From positions 1-64,000 of the forward strand of contig NIVC01001412.1 of the NCBI GenBank assembly GCA_002269645.1: a stretch of 64,000 bases of DNA. The letters run 5' to 3'. This DNA is from Macrostomum lignano. Taxonomy: Eukaryota. Shown here piece by piece: positions 39,560 to 52,045 of the stretch. The position numbers and the translations under genes were made by a program. Each line of letters opens with the position of its first letter. Position 1 is the first letter of the stretch. The notes below the pieces were generated by a model. That model searched no databases, was not told the DNA's origin, and worked only from the letters and a program-made list of their open reading frames with translations.

Positions 39560-40025
39560 GTCACTCATTGAGAATCACCCGTGAGAATCACTGCTCATTG
39601 ATATCGCTCATGAGAATCACTGCTCATTGAGAATCGCTCATGAGAATCACTGCTCATTGAGAATCGCTCATGAGAGTCACTGCTCATTGAGAATCACCCA
39701 TGAGAGTCAGTACTCATTAAGAATCGTACATGGAGAGTCACTGCTCATTGAGAATCACCCGTGAGAGTCATTGCTCATTGAGAATCGCTCACGAGAGTCA
39801 CTGCTCATTGAGAATCGCTCACGAGAGTCACTGCTCATTGAGAATCGCTCACGAGAGTCACTGCTCATTGAGAATCGCTCACGAGAGTCACTGCTCATTG
39901 AGAATCGCTCACGAGAGTCACTGCTCATTGAGAATCGCTCACGAGAGTCACTGCTCATTGAGAATCGCTCACGAGAGTCACTGCTCATTGAGAATTGCTC
40001 ATGAAACTCACTGCTCATTGAGAAT
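39560..40025. repeat. 30-bp minisatellite GAGAATCGCTCACGAGAGTCACTGCTCATT
   Basis: About 15 units with degenerate edges. Confidence 0.95.
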
Positions 40026-40409
40026 CACAGAACCAAACATGCCAAAAGATTTGCCACACAGAACACAGGTGACAGACTCAGAGGAAAAAGTCTCATTCCA
40101 CCCAAGAAGCAGTTCAGAGTCCCCGAGCTCAGCTGCAAACTTTATGAACAGCCGGATCGCGTGAGGCGAGCCGCTATGAACATAAATTATGAAACTGTTT
40201 GCGAGCCGGGCTGCAAAAGCGCAATAAACACTGCAGGCCCGTGCCAGGCTTGTGCAGTGCAGGTTGCGTGACTCAGACGCGCGGGTGCGGTCTCGGGCTC
40301 GAATCGATCAGGTGAGCCTCTTTTTGTACTCCAGCGACTACCTACTTTTTTGTGGCCTCTTTGAGCGACCGGCTGACCCTGTCCTTTGCAGGGTCAGTCG
40401 GATGGACAC

Positions 40410-40778
40410 AAACAGATGGCTGTCCTTTCTGCAGGGTGTTAGACAGATGGCTGTGTCCTTTCTGCAGGGTGTTAGACAGATGGCTGTGTCCTTTCTGCAG
40501 GGTGTTAGACAGATGGCTGTGTCCTTTACGCAGGGTGTTAGACAGATGGCTGTGTCCTTTCTGCAAGGTGTTAGACAGATGGCTGTGTCCTTTACGCAGG
40601 GTGTTAGACAGATGGCTGTGTCCTTTCTGCAGGGTGTTAGACAGATGGCTGTGTCCTTTCTGCAGGGTGTTAGACAGATGGCTGTGTCCTTTACGCAGGG
40701 TGTTAGACAGATGGCTGTGTCCTTTCTGCAGGGTGTTAGACAGATGGCTGTGTCTTCCATGCAAGGGTGTTAGACAGG
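40410..40778. repeat. 33-bp minisatellite TGTTAGACAGATGGCTGTGTCCTTT(C/A)(T/C)GCAGGG (~11 units)
   Basis: Direct reading; same family as the 45.4-52.0 kb array. Confidence 0.96.
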
Positions 40779-41832
40779 GCCCACCGCAGTCCAGCACTCC
40801 GTGCTATTTGAAGCCAAAGCTCAACACCAGACACCATATGTGTTAAATAAATATATTTTATTGATTCCGAGTCCTTTCGCAGGCAACCTTCACCAGTAAC
40901 TGTGGGCTCAGACTCGAATCGATCTGATAAGCACCCTCGTACGACAGCGATTACCTACTTTTTTGCGCCTCTTTGAACGTCTGACTCGAAGCGCACAAAG
41001 CCGGCCTTCTGTGAAATTCTGCGACCGGCACCACAGAACAATATTAACTCGACTTTTCTATCAAAGAGGGCCGCCCGTTGCGACACTACCCGACACCTCC
41101 TCCGACAGTTCCGGGTTCCGGCGCGCGCACACAGAGCCAAGCCAGATCTTTTGAATCAAGTTTTTGATCATCGCGCGCGGACACCGCTCGACAACTTCCT
41201 GACTGATTGTGAAGCATCAGAGCCGGACAGACATCAGGGCAGAGGACTACCTGCCCCCATCGTGCCATGTCACGTGAATTTTTTAGAAACGTAGAGCCCC
41301 CCCCCACCCCAAGGTCTGTCACTCCGCGTCTCTCAGCATTTCCGGTCTCTGGGCCAGGGGGGAGGGGCGGCCGGTCTTTGCGAGCCTCGCAGCTGCCTTG
41401 GCCTTGCCTTGTCTTTGCTCCGCTCCGCTCCTCTCCTCGCTAAAACTCCCTCGTCAGCCAGCCGGGCTCAAAGGGGGCAGGCGCAGCAGGGGAGTCCACG
41501 GCCGCTGCCTGTCCTGCTGCTCTGCCGGGGCAGCAGCTCAGGAGGCGCAGGGGATGAGAGATGCGAGCTGCATCAGCAGCAGCAGCAGCAGCAACCCCCC
41601 GCCCCTTGTCCAAGAAAACAAGGCAAACGCGTTTTGCCACCCTTCCACCTGACGGCTTGTTTTCTGCCATGGGCGCTCGACCTCTCTGTATTCGATTTTT
41701 AAAATCAAATTTGAATACAGGACTCAGATGGGCGATGGAGGAAGCTGGGGGCGGGGAGAGGGTGAGAAGTGGTGGAGACAGCGGCTGAGAGGGAAGTTGA
41801 GGGTTTCTTTAGTTTGAGAGAGGAAATGAAGG

Positions 41833-42190
41833 CAGGTAGATAGCCGATAGATTGTGAGTAGATAGCGGGTAGATAGCCGGTAGATAGCGGGTAGATAGCC
41901 GGTAGATAGCCGGTAGATAGCCGGTAGATTGTTGGTAGATAGCTGGTAGATAGCCAGTAGATAGCCGGTAGATTACGGGTAGATTGCAGGTAGATAGCTG
42001 TAGCTGGTAGATAGCCCGTAGATAGCAGGTAGATAACGGGTAGATAGTGGGTAGATAGTGGGTAGATAGTGGGTAGATAGCGGGTAGATAACCGGTAGAT
42101 AGCTGGTAGATACTGGGTAGAAAGCCAGTAAATAGCCGGTAGATAGTGGGTAGATAGCCAGTAGATAGCTGGCAGATAGCAGGTAGATAG
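41833..42190. repeat. 10-12-bp minisatellite GGTAGATAG(C/T)N
   Basis: Repeated GGTAGATA core. Confidence 0.93.
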
Positions 42191-42405
42191 ACAAGCGAGC
42201 TGAGAGAAGCCCCGTGTGGGGAGGCTCGGTGAAGGAGCCTTGGCATGCCAATGACATGACAGACGAGTTAAAAGTGTCAAACTGACAGGTCCGAGACAGA
42301 AGCTGGGCTGCTCGTCTCAAGCAAACTCTCGCGAGCTGAATTGGCAAACAAAAGATTTTGAATTTGAGCAGAGTGACACTGGTCCCGACGCCTTCGCCGC
42401 GTGCG

Positions 42406-42419
42406 GTTGTCATGGAAAC
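42406..42419. promoter_or_regulatory. Canonical RFX X-box GTTGTCATGGAAAC
   Basis: Full 14-bp match to GTTNYCATGGNAAC in a unique GC-rich island; target gene unassigned. Confidence 0.5.
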
Positions 42420-42660
42420 GAAAGAATGGATCAGCGGGAGTGAAGGAACTTGACACTGGGCTGGGGGGGCATCTGAGAGTCGCCTGGGCGCAGCTTCACT
42501 GCCGGGTCCTCTCCTTCCAACCGCAGGCTTCTCTTTGCTCATGCGACCGAGCTCTCGGGTTCTCCGCCCACTCTGACCCGCGGAGCTGCATTCTAGCGAT
42601 CAATCTGTGCGTCACTGGCTGTGCGTTCTGGCTCGCATACTGCCTTAGTGGTACACGGGC

Positions 42661-43400
42661 CTCTCATCTCCTTCTCTCATCTCCCTCTCTCATCTCCCCT
42701 CTCTCATCTCCCCTCTCTCATCTCCCCTCTCTCATCTCCCCTCTCTCATCTCCCCTCTCTCATCTCCCCTCTCTCATCTCCGCTCTCTCATCTCCCCTCT
42801 CTCATCTCCCCTCTCTCATCTCCCCTCTCTCATCTCCCTCTCTCATCTCCCCTCTCTCATCTCCCTCTCTCATCTCCTTCTCTCATCTCCCTCTCTCATC
42901 TCCCCTCTCTCATCTCCCCTCTCTCATCTCCTTCTCTCATCTCCCCTCTCTCATCTCCCTCTCTCATCTCCCCTCTCTCATCTCCCCTCTCTCATCTCCC
43001 TCTCTCATCTCCTTCTCTCATCTCCCTCTCTCATCTCCCCTCTCTCATCTCCCCTCTCTCATCTCCCCTCTCTCATCTCCCTCTCTCATCTCCTTCTCTC
43101 ATCTCCCCTCTCTCATCTCCCCTCTCTCATCTCCCCTCTCTCATCTCCCCTCTCTCATCTCCCCTCTCTCATCTCCCCTCTCTCATCTCCCTCTCTCATC
43201 TCCTTCTCTCATCTCCCCTCTCTCATCTCCCTCTCTCATCTCCCTCTCTCATCTCCCCTCTCTCATCTCCCTCTCTCATCTCCTTCTCTCATCTCCCTCT
43301 CTCATCTCCCCTCTCTCATCTCCCCTCTCTCATCTCCCTCTCACATCTCCCCTCTTTCATCTCCCTCTCTCATCTCCACTCTCTCCTCTCCCTTCTCTCA
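42661..43400. repeat. 13/14-bp pyrimidine minisatellite CTCTCATCTCCC(C)T
   Basis: Direct reading. Confidence 0.95.
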
Positions 43401-44184
43401 TTTCCCCTATCTAATTTTCTCTTTATCGCACCTCTATTCTCCCTCATCTCTATTGTCTTTCGTCTCCCTGTCTGGAATTTCTACTCAAAATTCATACAGA
43501 GTTTTGAGCTGCTCCCATCATTTTTCATCTCCAGCAGGTGGCTGCCATCCTCAAAGCAGCGCACTAGGCCATCACAGATCCCAGACGGCAGACCACAGGA
43601 AGCTCATTTCCGAACTCTTAAAGCACAATTGTGAGCCTCTGCACTTTGAGAACCTGTGTCTGCACACTTGTTATCCTACTCCTTTGTCCCCAAATCCTCA
43701 GATCCGATTTTTGAGTCTGGTTCTTCATCACCTCACAGGTTGTCTGATAAAATCTTCTATCAAATCCGGAAACTGCTGCTGGCTAATTAAAACAAAAGTC
43801 CGCGGTAGCGTCCGGCCCTGCCGCCCCGCCGCAGCTCAGGAGGTGCTGATTTAAGCAACTGCTTGCCGACTCCCATTAATTTGAGCACTCTGGAGTCTGG
43901 ACAGCTCGGACAAACTCGGACAGAACCCGGACAGAACTCTGCCTGCTTGGCCAATGTTTTCATTGCCAAAACTGATCGAATCCCCTTCAGCAATCAGCCC
44001 CGCTCCCAGCCCGCCTGCGCTTGAGGAGCCGCTGGCGAAGATGACTTCTGCCTGCCATATTGATCTGCCAACTCAGAATAACTTTATTGAGTCTGCAGAC
44101 TGGCCGGTTGCTGCGCACCGAAATGTTTGCTCTTTTATGCTCTGAGTTCGCTCTGTCTGTCTGTTTTGCCTGCTCACCGACATG

Positions 44185-44765
44185 TAACCTGTTAGATACT
44201 TAGTTATAACATGTTAGATACTGATTTGTAACCTGTTAGATACTGAGTTGTAACCTGTTAGATACTGATTTGTAACCTGTAAACACTTAGTAATAACCTG
44301 TTAGATACTGATTTGTAACCTGTAAATACTTAGTAATAACCTGTTAGATACTGAGTTATAACCTATTAGATACTTATTTGTAACCTGTTAGATACTGAGT
44401 TATAACCTGTAAATACTTAGTAATAACCTGTTAGATACTTAGTAATAACCTGTTAGATACTGATTTGTAACCTGTAAATACTTAGTAATAACCTGTAAAT
44501 ACTTAGTAATAACCTGTTAGATACTGAGTTATAACCTGTTGGATACTTATTTGTAACCTGTTAGATACTGAGTTGTAACCTGTTAGTTACTGATTTGTAA
44601 CCTGTAAATACTTAGTAATAACCTGTTAGATACTGAGGTATAACCTGTTAGATACTGAGTTGTAACCTGTTAGATACTGAGTTATAACCTGTTAGATACC
44701 GAGTAGTAACCTGTTAGATACCGAGTAGTAACCTGTTAGATACCGAGTTGTAACCTGTTAGATGC
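44185..44765. repeat. 22-bp minisatellite AACCTGTTAGATACTGAGTTGT and variants
   Basis: Direct reading. Confidence 0.94.
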
Positions 44766-44784
44766 TGAGCTGTAACTGAGTTGA

Positions 44785-45075
44785 TAGACACTCTGATGAG
44801 CAGTCACCTGTTAGACACCCTGATGAGCAGTCACCTGTTAGACACTCTGATGAGCAGTCACCTGTTAGACACTCTGATGAGCAGTCACCTGTTAGACACT
44901 CTGATGAGCAGTCACCTGTTAGACACTCTGATGAGCAGTCACCTGTTAGACACTCTGATGAGCAGTCACCTGTTAGACACTCTGATGAGCAGTCACCTGT
45001 TAGACACTCTGATGAGCAGTCACCTGTTAGACACTCTGATGAGCAGTCACCTGTTAGACACCCTGATGTGCAGTC
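44785..45075. repeat. 27-bp minisatellite ACCTGTTAGACACTCTGATGAGCAGTC (~10 units)
   Basis: Direct reading. Confidence 0.96.
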
Positions 45076-45371
45076 GCCTATCAGAAACAGGTGCATAAAA
45101 ATACAACTTACCTTTAATGTTTTCGACAAAAGTACAGGTTTCAAGCTTTTATAGAATCAGATGTGGGCTCAGTCAAAACCAGTCACTTGAAACTCAAATC
45201 TCTCAGCTACTACAATTTTTCAGCACATCTGCGATTCAAAAGTTAGCAAACAAGTCATTAGCAACTGAGCTTGCCAATCCCTGTAGCAATTTGCATCTTT
45301 GTTGTTCAAGTTTGAGTCCAAATTTAACCGCTAGCCTCCCGAAATTCGTCTTTTCAAATTTCAAATTCATG

Positions 45372-48300
45372 AGGGTGTTAGACAGGCGGTTGTGGTTTTG
45401 TCCATTCTGCAGGGTGTTAGACAGGCGGTTGTGGTTTTGTCCATTCTGCAGGGTGTTAGACAGATGGCTGTGTCCTTTCTGCAGGCTGTTAGACAGGCGG
45501 TTGTGGTTTCTTCCATTCTGCAGGGTGTTAGACAGATGGCTGTGTCCTTTCTGCAGGGTGTTAGACAGATGGCCATGTCCTTTCTGCAGGCTGTTAGACA
45601 GATGGCTGTGTCTTCTGTGCAGCTGGTGTTAGACAGATGGCTGTGTCCTTGTCCTTCGTGCAGGTGTTAGACAGATGGCTGTGTCCTTGTCCTTCGTGCA
45701 GGGTGTTAGACAGATGGCTGTGTCCTTGTCCTTCGTGCAGGGTGTTAGACAGATGGCTGTGTCCTTGCCCTTCGTGCAGGGTGTTAGACAGATGGCTGTG
45801 TCCTTGCCCTTCGTGCAGGTGTTAGACAGATGGCTGTGTCCTTGCCCTTCGTGCAGGTGTTAGACAGATGGCTGTGTCCTTGTCCTTCGTGCAGGTGTTA
45901 GACAGATGGCTGTGTCCTTGTCCTTCGTGCAGGGTGTTAGACAGATGGCTGTGTCCTTGCCCTTCGTGCAGGTGTTAGACAGATGGCTGTGTCCTTGCCC
46001 TTCGTGCAGGTGTTAGACAGATGGCTGTGTCCTTGTCCTTCGTGCAGGTGTTAGACAGATGGCTGTGTCCTTGTCCTTCGTGCAGGTGTTAGACAGATGG
46101 CTGTGTCCTTGTCCTTCGTGCAGGTGTTAGACAGATGGCTGTGTCCTTGTCCTTCGTGCAGGTGTTAGACAGATGGCTGTGTCCTTGTCCTTCGTGCAGG
46201 TGTTAGACAGATGGCTGTGTCCTTGTCCTTCGTGCAGGTGTTAGACAGATGGCTGTGTCCTTGTCCTTCGTGCAGGTGTTAGACAGATGGCTGTGTCCTT
46301 GTCCTTCGTGCAGGTGTTAGACAGATGGCTGTGTCCTTGTCCTTCGTGCAGGTGTTAGACAGATGGCTGTGTCCTTGTCCTTCGTGCAGGTGTTAGACAG
46401 ATGGCTGTGTCCTTGCCCTTCGTGCAGGGTGTTAGACAGATGGCTGTGTCCTTGCCCTTCGTGCAGGGTGTTAGACAGATGGCTGTGTCTTTGCCCTTCG
46501 TGCAGGGTGTTAGACAGATGGCTGTGTCCTTGCCCTTCGTGCAGGGTGTTAGACAGATGGCTGTGTCCTTGCCCTTCGTGCAGGGTGTTAGACAGATGGC
46601 TGTGTCCTTGCCCTTCGTGCAGGGTGTTAGACAGATGGCTGTGTCCTTGTCCTTCGTGCAGGGTGTTAGACAGATGGCTGTGTCCTTGTCCTTCGTGCAG
46701 GTGTTAGACAGATGGCTGTGTCCTTGTCCTTCGTGCAGGTGTTAGACAGATGGCTGTGTCCTTGTCCTTCGTGCAGGTGTTAGACAGATGGCTGTGTCCT
46801 TGTTCTTCGTGCAGGTGTTAGACAGATGGCTGTGTCCTTGTCCTTCGTGCAGGTGTTAGACAGATGGCTGTGTCCTTGTCCTTCGTGCAGGTGTTAGACA
46901 GATGGCTGTGTCCTTGTCCTTCGTGCAGGTGTTAGACAGATGGCTGTGTCCTTGTCCTTCGTGCAGGTGTTAGACAGATGGCTGTGTCCTTGCCCTTCGT
47001 GCAGGGTGTTAGACAGATGGCTGTGTCCTTGCCCTTCGTGCAGGGTGTTAGACAGATGGCTGTGTCCTTGTCCTTCGTGCAGGGTGTTAGACAGATGGCT
47101 GTGTGTGTCCATTCTGCAGGCGTTAGACAGATGGCTGTGTCCTTGCCCTTCGTGCAGGGTGTTAGACAGATGGCTGTGTCCTTGCCCTTCGTGCAGGGTG
47201 TTAGACAGATGGCTGTGTCCTTGTCCTTCGTGCAGGGTGTTAGACAGATGGCTGTGTCCTTGTCCTTCGTGCAGGGTGTTAGACAGATGGCTGTGTGTGT
47301 CCATTCTGCAGGCGTTAGACAGATGGCTGTGTCCTTGCCCTTCGTGCAGGGTGTTAGACAGATGGCTGTGTCCTTGTCCTTCGTGCAGGTGTTAGACAGA
47401 TGGCTGTGTCCTTGTCCTTCGTGCAGGTGTTAGACAGATGGCTGTGTCCTTGTCCTTCGTGCAGGTGTTAGACAGATGGCTGTGTCCTTGTCCTTCGTGC
47501 AGGTGTTAGACAGATGGCTGTGTCCTTGTCCTTCGTGCAGGTGTTAGACAGATGGCTGTGTCCTTGCCCTTCGTGCAGGGTGTTAGACAGATGGCTGTGT
47601 CCTTGCCTTCGTGCAGGTGTTAGACAGATGGCTGTGTCCTTGCCCTTCGTGCAGGGTGTTAGACAGATGGCTGTGTCCTTGTCCTTCGTGCAGGGTGTTA
47701 GACAGATGGCTGTGTGTGTCCATTCTGCAGGCGTTAGACAGATGGCTGTGTCCTTGCCCTTCGTGCAGGGTGTTAGACAGATGGCTGTGTCCTTGCCCTT
47801 CGTGCAGGGTGTTAGACAGATGGCTGTGTCCTTGCCCTTCGTGCAGGGTGTTAGACAGATGGCTGTGTCCTTGCCCTTCGTGCAGGGTGTTAGACAGATG
47901 GCTGTGTCCTTGTCCTTCGTGCAGGGTGTTAGACAGATGGCTGTGTCCTTGCCCTTCGTGCAGGGTGTTAGACAGATGGCTGTGTCCTTGCCCTTCGTGC
48001 AGGGTGTTAGACAGATGGCTGTGTCTTTGCCCTTCGTGCAGGGTGTTAGACAGATGGCTGTGTCCTTGCCCTTCGTGCAGGGTGTTAGACAGATGGCTGT
48101 GTCCTTGCCCTTCGTGCAGGGTGTTAGACAGATGGCTGTGTCCTTGCCCTTCGTGCAGGGTGTTAGACAGATGGCTGTGTCCTTGTCCTTCGTGCAGGGT
48201 GTTAGACAGATGGCTGTGTCCTTGTCCTTCGTGCAGGTGTTAGACAGATGGCTGTGTCCTTGTCCTTCGTGCAGGTGTTAGACAGATGGCTGTGTCCTTG

Positions 48301-51300
48301 TCCTTCGTGCAGGTGTTAGACAGATGGCTGTGTCCTTGTTCTTCGTGCAGGTGTTAGACAGATGGCTGTGTCCTTGTCCTTCGTGCAGGTGTTAGACAGA
48401 TGGCTGTGTCCTTGTCCTTCGTGCAGGTGTTAGACAGATGGCTGTGTCCTTGTCCTTCGTGCAGGTGTTAGACAGATGGCTGTGTCCTTGTCCTTCGTGC
48501 AGGTGTTAGACAGATGGCTGTGTCCTTGCCCTTCGTGCAGGGTGTTAGACAGATGGCTGTGTCCTTGCCCTTCGTGCAGGGTGTTAGACAGATGGCTGTG
48601 TCTTTGCCCTTCGTGCAGGGTGTTAGACAGATGGCTGTGTCCTTGCCCTTTGTGCAGGGTGTTAGACAGATGGCTGTGTCCTTGCCCTTCGTGCAGGGTG
48701 TTAGACAGATGGCTGTGTCCTTGCCCTTCGTGCAGGGTGTTAGACAGATGGCTGTGTCCTTGTCCTTCGTGCAGGGTGTTAGACAGATGGCTGTGTCCTT
48801 GTCCTTCGTGCAGGGTGTTAGACAGATGGCTGTGTGTGTCCATTCTGCAGGCGTTAGACAGATGGCTGTGTCCTTGCCCTTCGTGCAGGGTGTTAGACAG
48901 ATGGCTGTGTCCTTGCCCTTCGTGCAGGGTGTTAGACAGATGGCTGTGTCCTTGCCCTTCGTGCAGGTGTTAGACAGATGGCTGTGTCCTTGCCCTTCGT
49001 GCAGGGTGTTAGACAGATGGCTGTGTCCTTGTCCTTCGTGCAGGGTGTTAGACAGATGGCTGTGTGTGTCCATTCTGCAGGCGTTAGACAGATGGCTGTG
49101 TCCTTGCCCTTCGTGCAGGGTGTTAGACAGATGGCTGTGTCCTTGCCCTTCGTGCAGGGTGTTAGACAGATGGCTGTGTCCTTGTCCTTCGTGCAGGGTG
49201 TTAGACAGATGGCTGTGTCCTTTCTGCAGGCTGTTAGACAGGCGGTTGTGGTTTCTTCCATTCTGCAGGGTGTTAGACAGATGGCTGTGTCCTTTCTGCA
49301 GGGTGTTAGACAGATGGCCATGTCCTTTCTGCAGGCTGTTAGACAGATGGCTGTGTCTTCTGTGCAGCTGGTGTTAGACAGATGGCTGTGTCCTTGTCCT
49401 TCGTGCAGGTGTTAGACAGATGGCTGTGTCCTTGTCCTTCGTGCAGGGTGTTAGACAGATGGCTGTGTCCTTGTCCTTCGTGCAGGGTGTTAGACAGATG
49501 GCTGTGTCCTTGCCCTTCGTGCAGGGTGTTAGACAGATGACTGTGTCCTTGTCCTTCGTGCAGGTGTTAGACAGATGGCTGTGTCCTTGTCCTTCGTGCA
49601 GGGTGTTAGACAGATGGCTGTGTCCTTGCCCTTCGTGCAGGTGTTAGACAGATGGCTGTGTCCTTGCCCTTCGTGCAGGTGTTAGACAGATGGCTGTGTC
49701 CTTGTCCTTCGTGCAGGGTGTTAGACAGATGGCTGTGTCCTTGCCCTTCGTGCAGGGTGTTAGACAGATGGCTGTGTCCTTGTCCTTCGTGCAGGGTGTT
49801 AGACAGATGGCTGTGTCCTTGTCCTTCGTGCAGGGTGTTAGACAGATGGCTGTGTCCTTGCCCTTCGTGCAGGGTGTTAGACAGATGGCTGTGTCCTTGC
49901 CCTTCGTGCAGGTGTTAGACAGATGGCTGTGTCCTTGCCCTTCGTGCAGGTGTTAGACAGATGGCTGTGTCCTTGTCCTTCGTGCAGGTGTTAGACAGAT
50001 GGCTGTGTCCTTGTCCTTCGTGCAGGTGTTAGACAGATGGCTGTGTCCTTGTCCTTCGTGCAGGTGTTAGACAGATGGCTGTGTCCTTGTCCTTCGTGCA
50101 GGTGTTAGACAGATGGCTGTGTCCTTGTCCTTCGTGCAGGTGTTAGACAGATGGCTGTGTCCTTGTCCTTCGTGCAGGTGTTAGACAGATGGCTGTGTCC
50201 TTGTCCTTCGTGCAGGTGTTAGACAGATGGCTGTGTCCTTGTCCTTCGTGCAGGTGTTAGACAGATGGCTGTGTCCTTGCCCTTCGTGCAGGGTGTTAGA
50301 CAGATGGCTGTGTCCTTGCCCTTCGTGCAGGGTGTTAGACAGATGGCTGTGTCTTTGCCCTTCGTGCAGGGTGTTAGACAGATGGCTGTGTCCTTGCCCT
50401 TCGTGCAGGGTGTTAGACAGATGGCTGTGTCCTTGTCCTTCGTGCAGGTGTTAGACAGATGGCTGTGTCCTTGCCCTTCGTGCAGGGTGTTAGACAGATG
50501 GCTGTGTCCTTGTCCTTCGTGCAGGGTGTTAGACAGATGGCTGTGTCCTTGTCCTTCGTGCAGGTGTTAGACAGATGGCTGTGTCCTTGTCCTTCGTGCA
50601 GGTGTTAGACAGATGGCTGTGTCCTTGTCCTTCGTGCAGGTGTTAGACAGATGGCTGTGTCCTTGTTCTTCGTGCAGGTGTTAGACAGATGGCTGTGTCC
50701 TTGTCCTTCGTGCAGGTGTTAGACAGATGGCTGTGTCCTTGTCCTTCGTGCAGGTGTTAGACAGATGGCTGTGTCCTTGTCCTTCGTGCAGGTGTTAGAC
50801 AGATGGCTGTGTCCTTGTCCTTCGTGCAGGTGTTAGACAGATGGCTGTGTCCTTGCCCTTCGTGCAGGGTGTTAGACAGATGGCTGTGTCCTTGCCCTTC
50901 GTGCAGGGTGTTAGACAGATAACTGTGTCTTTGCCCTTCGTGCAGGGTGTTAGACAGATGGCTGTGTCCTTGCCCTTCGTGCAGGGTGTTAGACAGATGG
51001 CTGTGTCCTTGCCCTTCGTGCAGGGTGTTAGACAGATGGCTGTGTCCTTGCCCTTCGTGCAGGGTGTTAGACAGATGGCTGTGTCCTTGTCCTTCGTGCA
51101 GGGTGTTAGACAGATGGCTGTGTCCTTGTCCTTCGTGCAGGGTGTTAGACAGATGGCTGTGTGTGTCCATTCTGCAGGCGTTAGACAGATGGCTGTGTCC
51201 TTGCCCTTTGTGCAGGGTGTTAGACAGATGGCTGTGTCCTTGCCCTTCGTGCAGGGTGTTAGACAGATGGCTGTGTCCTTGCCCTTCGTGCAGGTGTTAG

Positions 51301-52045
51301 ACAGATGGCTGTGTCCTTGCCCTTCGTGCAGGGTGTTAGACAGATGGCTGTGTCCTTGTCCTTCGTGCAGGGTGTTAGACAGATGGCTGTGTGTGTCCAT
51401 TCTGCAGGCGTTAGACAGATGGCTGTGTCCTTGCCCTTCGTGCAGGGTGTTAGACAGATGGCTGTGTCCTTGCCCTTCGTGCAGGGTGTTAGACAGATGG
51501 CTGTGTCCTTGCCCTTCGTGCAGGGCGTTAGACAGATGGCTGTGTCCTTGCCCTTCGTGCAGGGTGTTAGACAGATGGCTGTGTCCTTGCCCTTCGTGCA
51601 GGTGTTAGACAGATGGCTGTGTCCTTGCCCTTCGTGCAGGTGTTAGACAGATGGCTGTGTCCTTGTCCTTCGTGCAGGGTGTTAGACAGATGGCTGTGTG
51701 TGTCCATTCTGCAGGCGTTAGACAGATAGCTGTGTCCTTGCCCTTCGTGCAGGGTGTTAGACAGATGGCTGTGTCCTTGCCCTTCGTGCAGGCGTTAGAC
51801 AGATGGCTGTGTCCTTGCCCTTCGTGCAGGGTGTTAGACAGATGGCTGTGTCCTTGCCCTTCGTGCAGGGTGTTAGACAGATGGCTGTGTCCTTGCGCTT
51901 CGTGCAGGTGTTAGACAGATGGCTGTGTCCTTGTCCTTCGTGCAGGGTGTTAGACAGATGGCTGTGTCCTTGCCCTTCGTGCAGGGTGTTAGACAGATGG
52001 CTGTGTCCTTGCCCTTCGTGCAGGGTGTTAGACAGATGGCTGTGT
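45372..52045. repeat. 6.7-kb minisatellite of mixed 33/38/39-bp units (TGTTAGACAGATGGCTGTGTCCTTG(C/T)CCTTCGTGCAGG(G)) with nested higher-order duplications
   Basis: Direct reading. Rare variants recur at offsets 1536, 2327 and 3745. Confidence 0.97.

Noticed and set aside
44785-45095. Hammerhead-ribozyme-like CTGATGAG in the 27-mer, with GAAACAGGTG at the array end
   Set aside because: Stem II cannot close before GAAA, stem I is only 2 bp, and the adjacent core is mutated (CTGATGTG).
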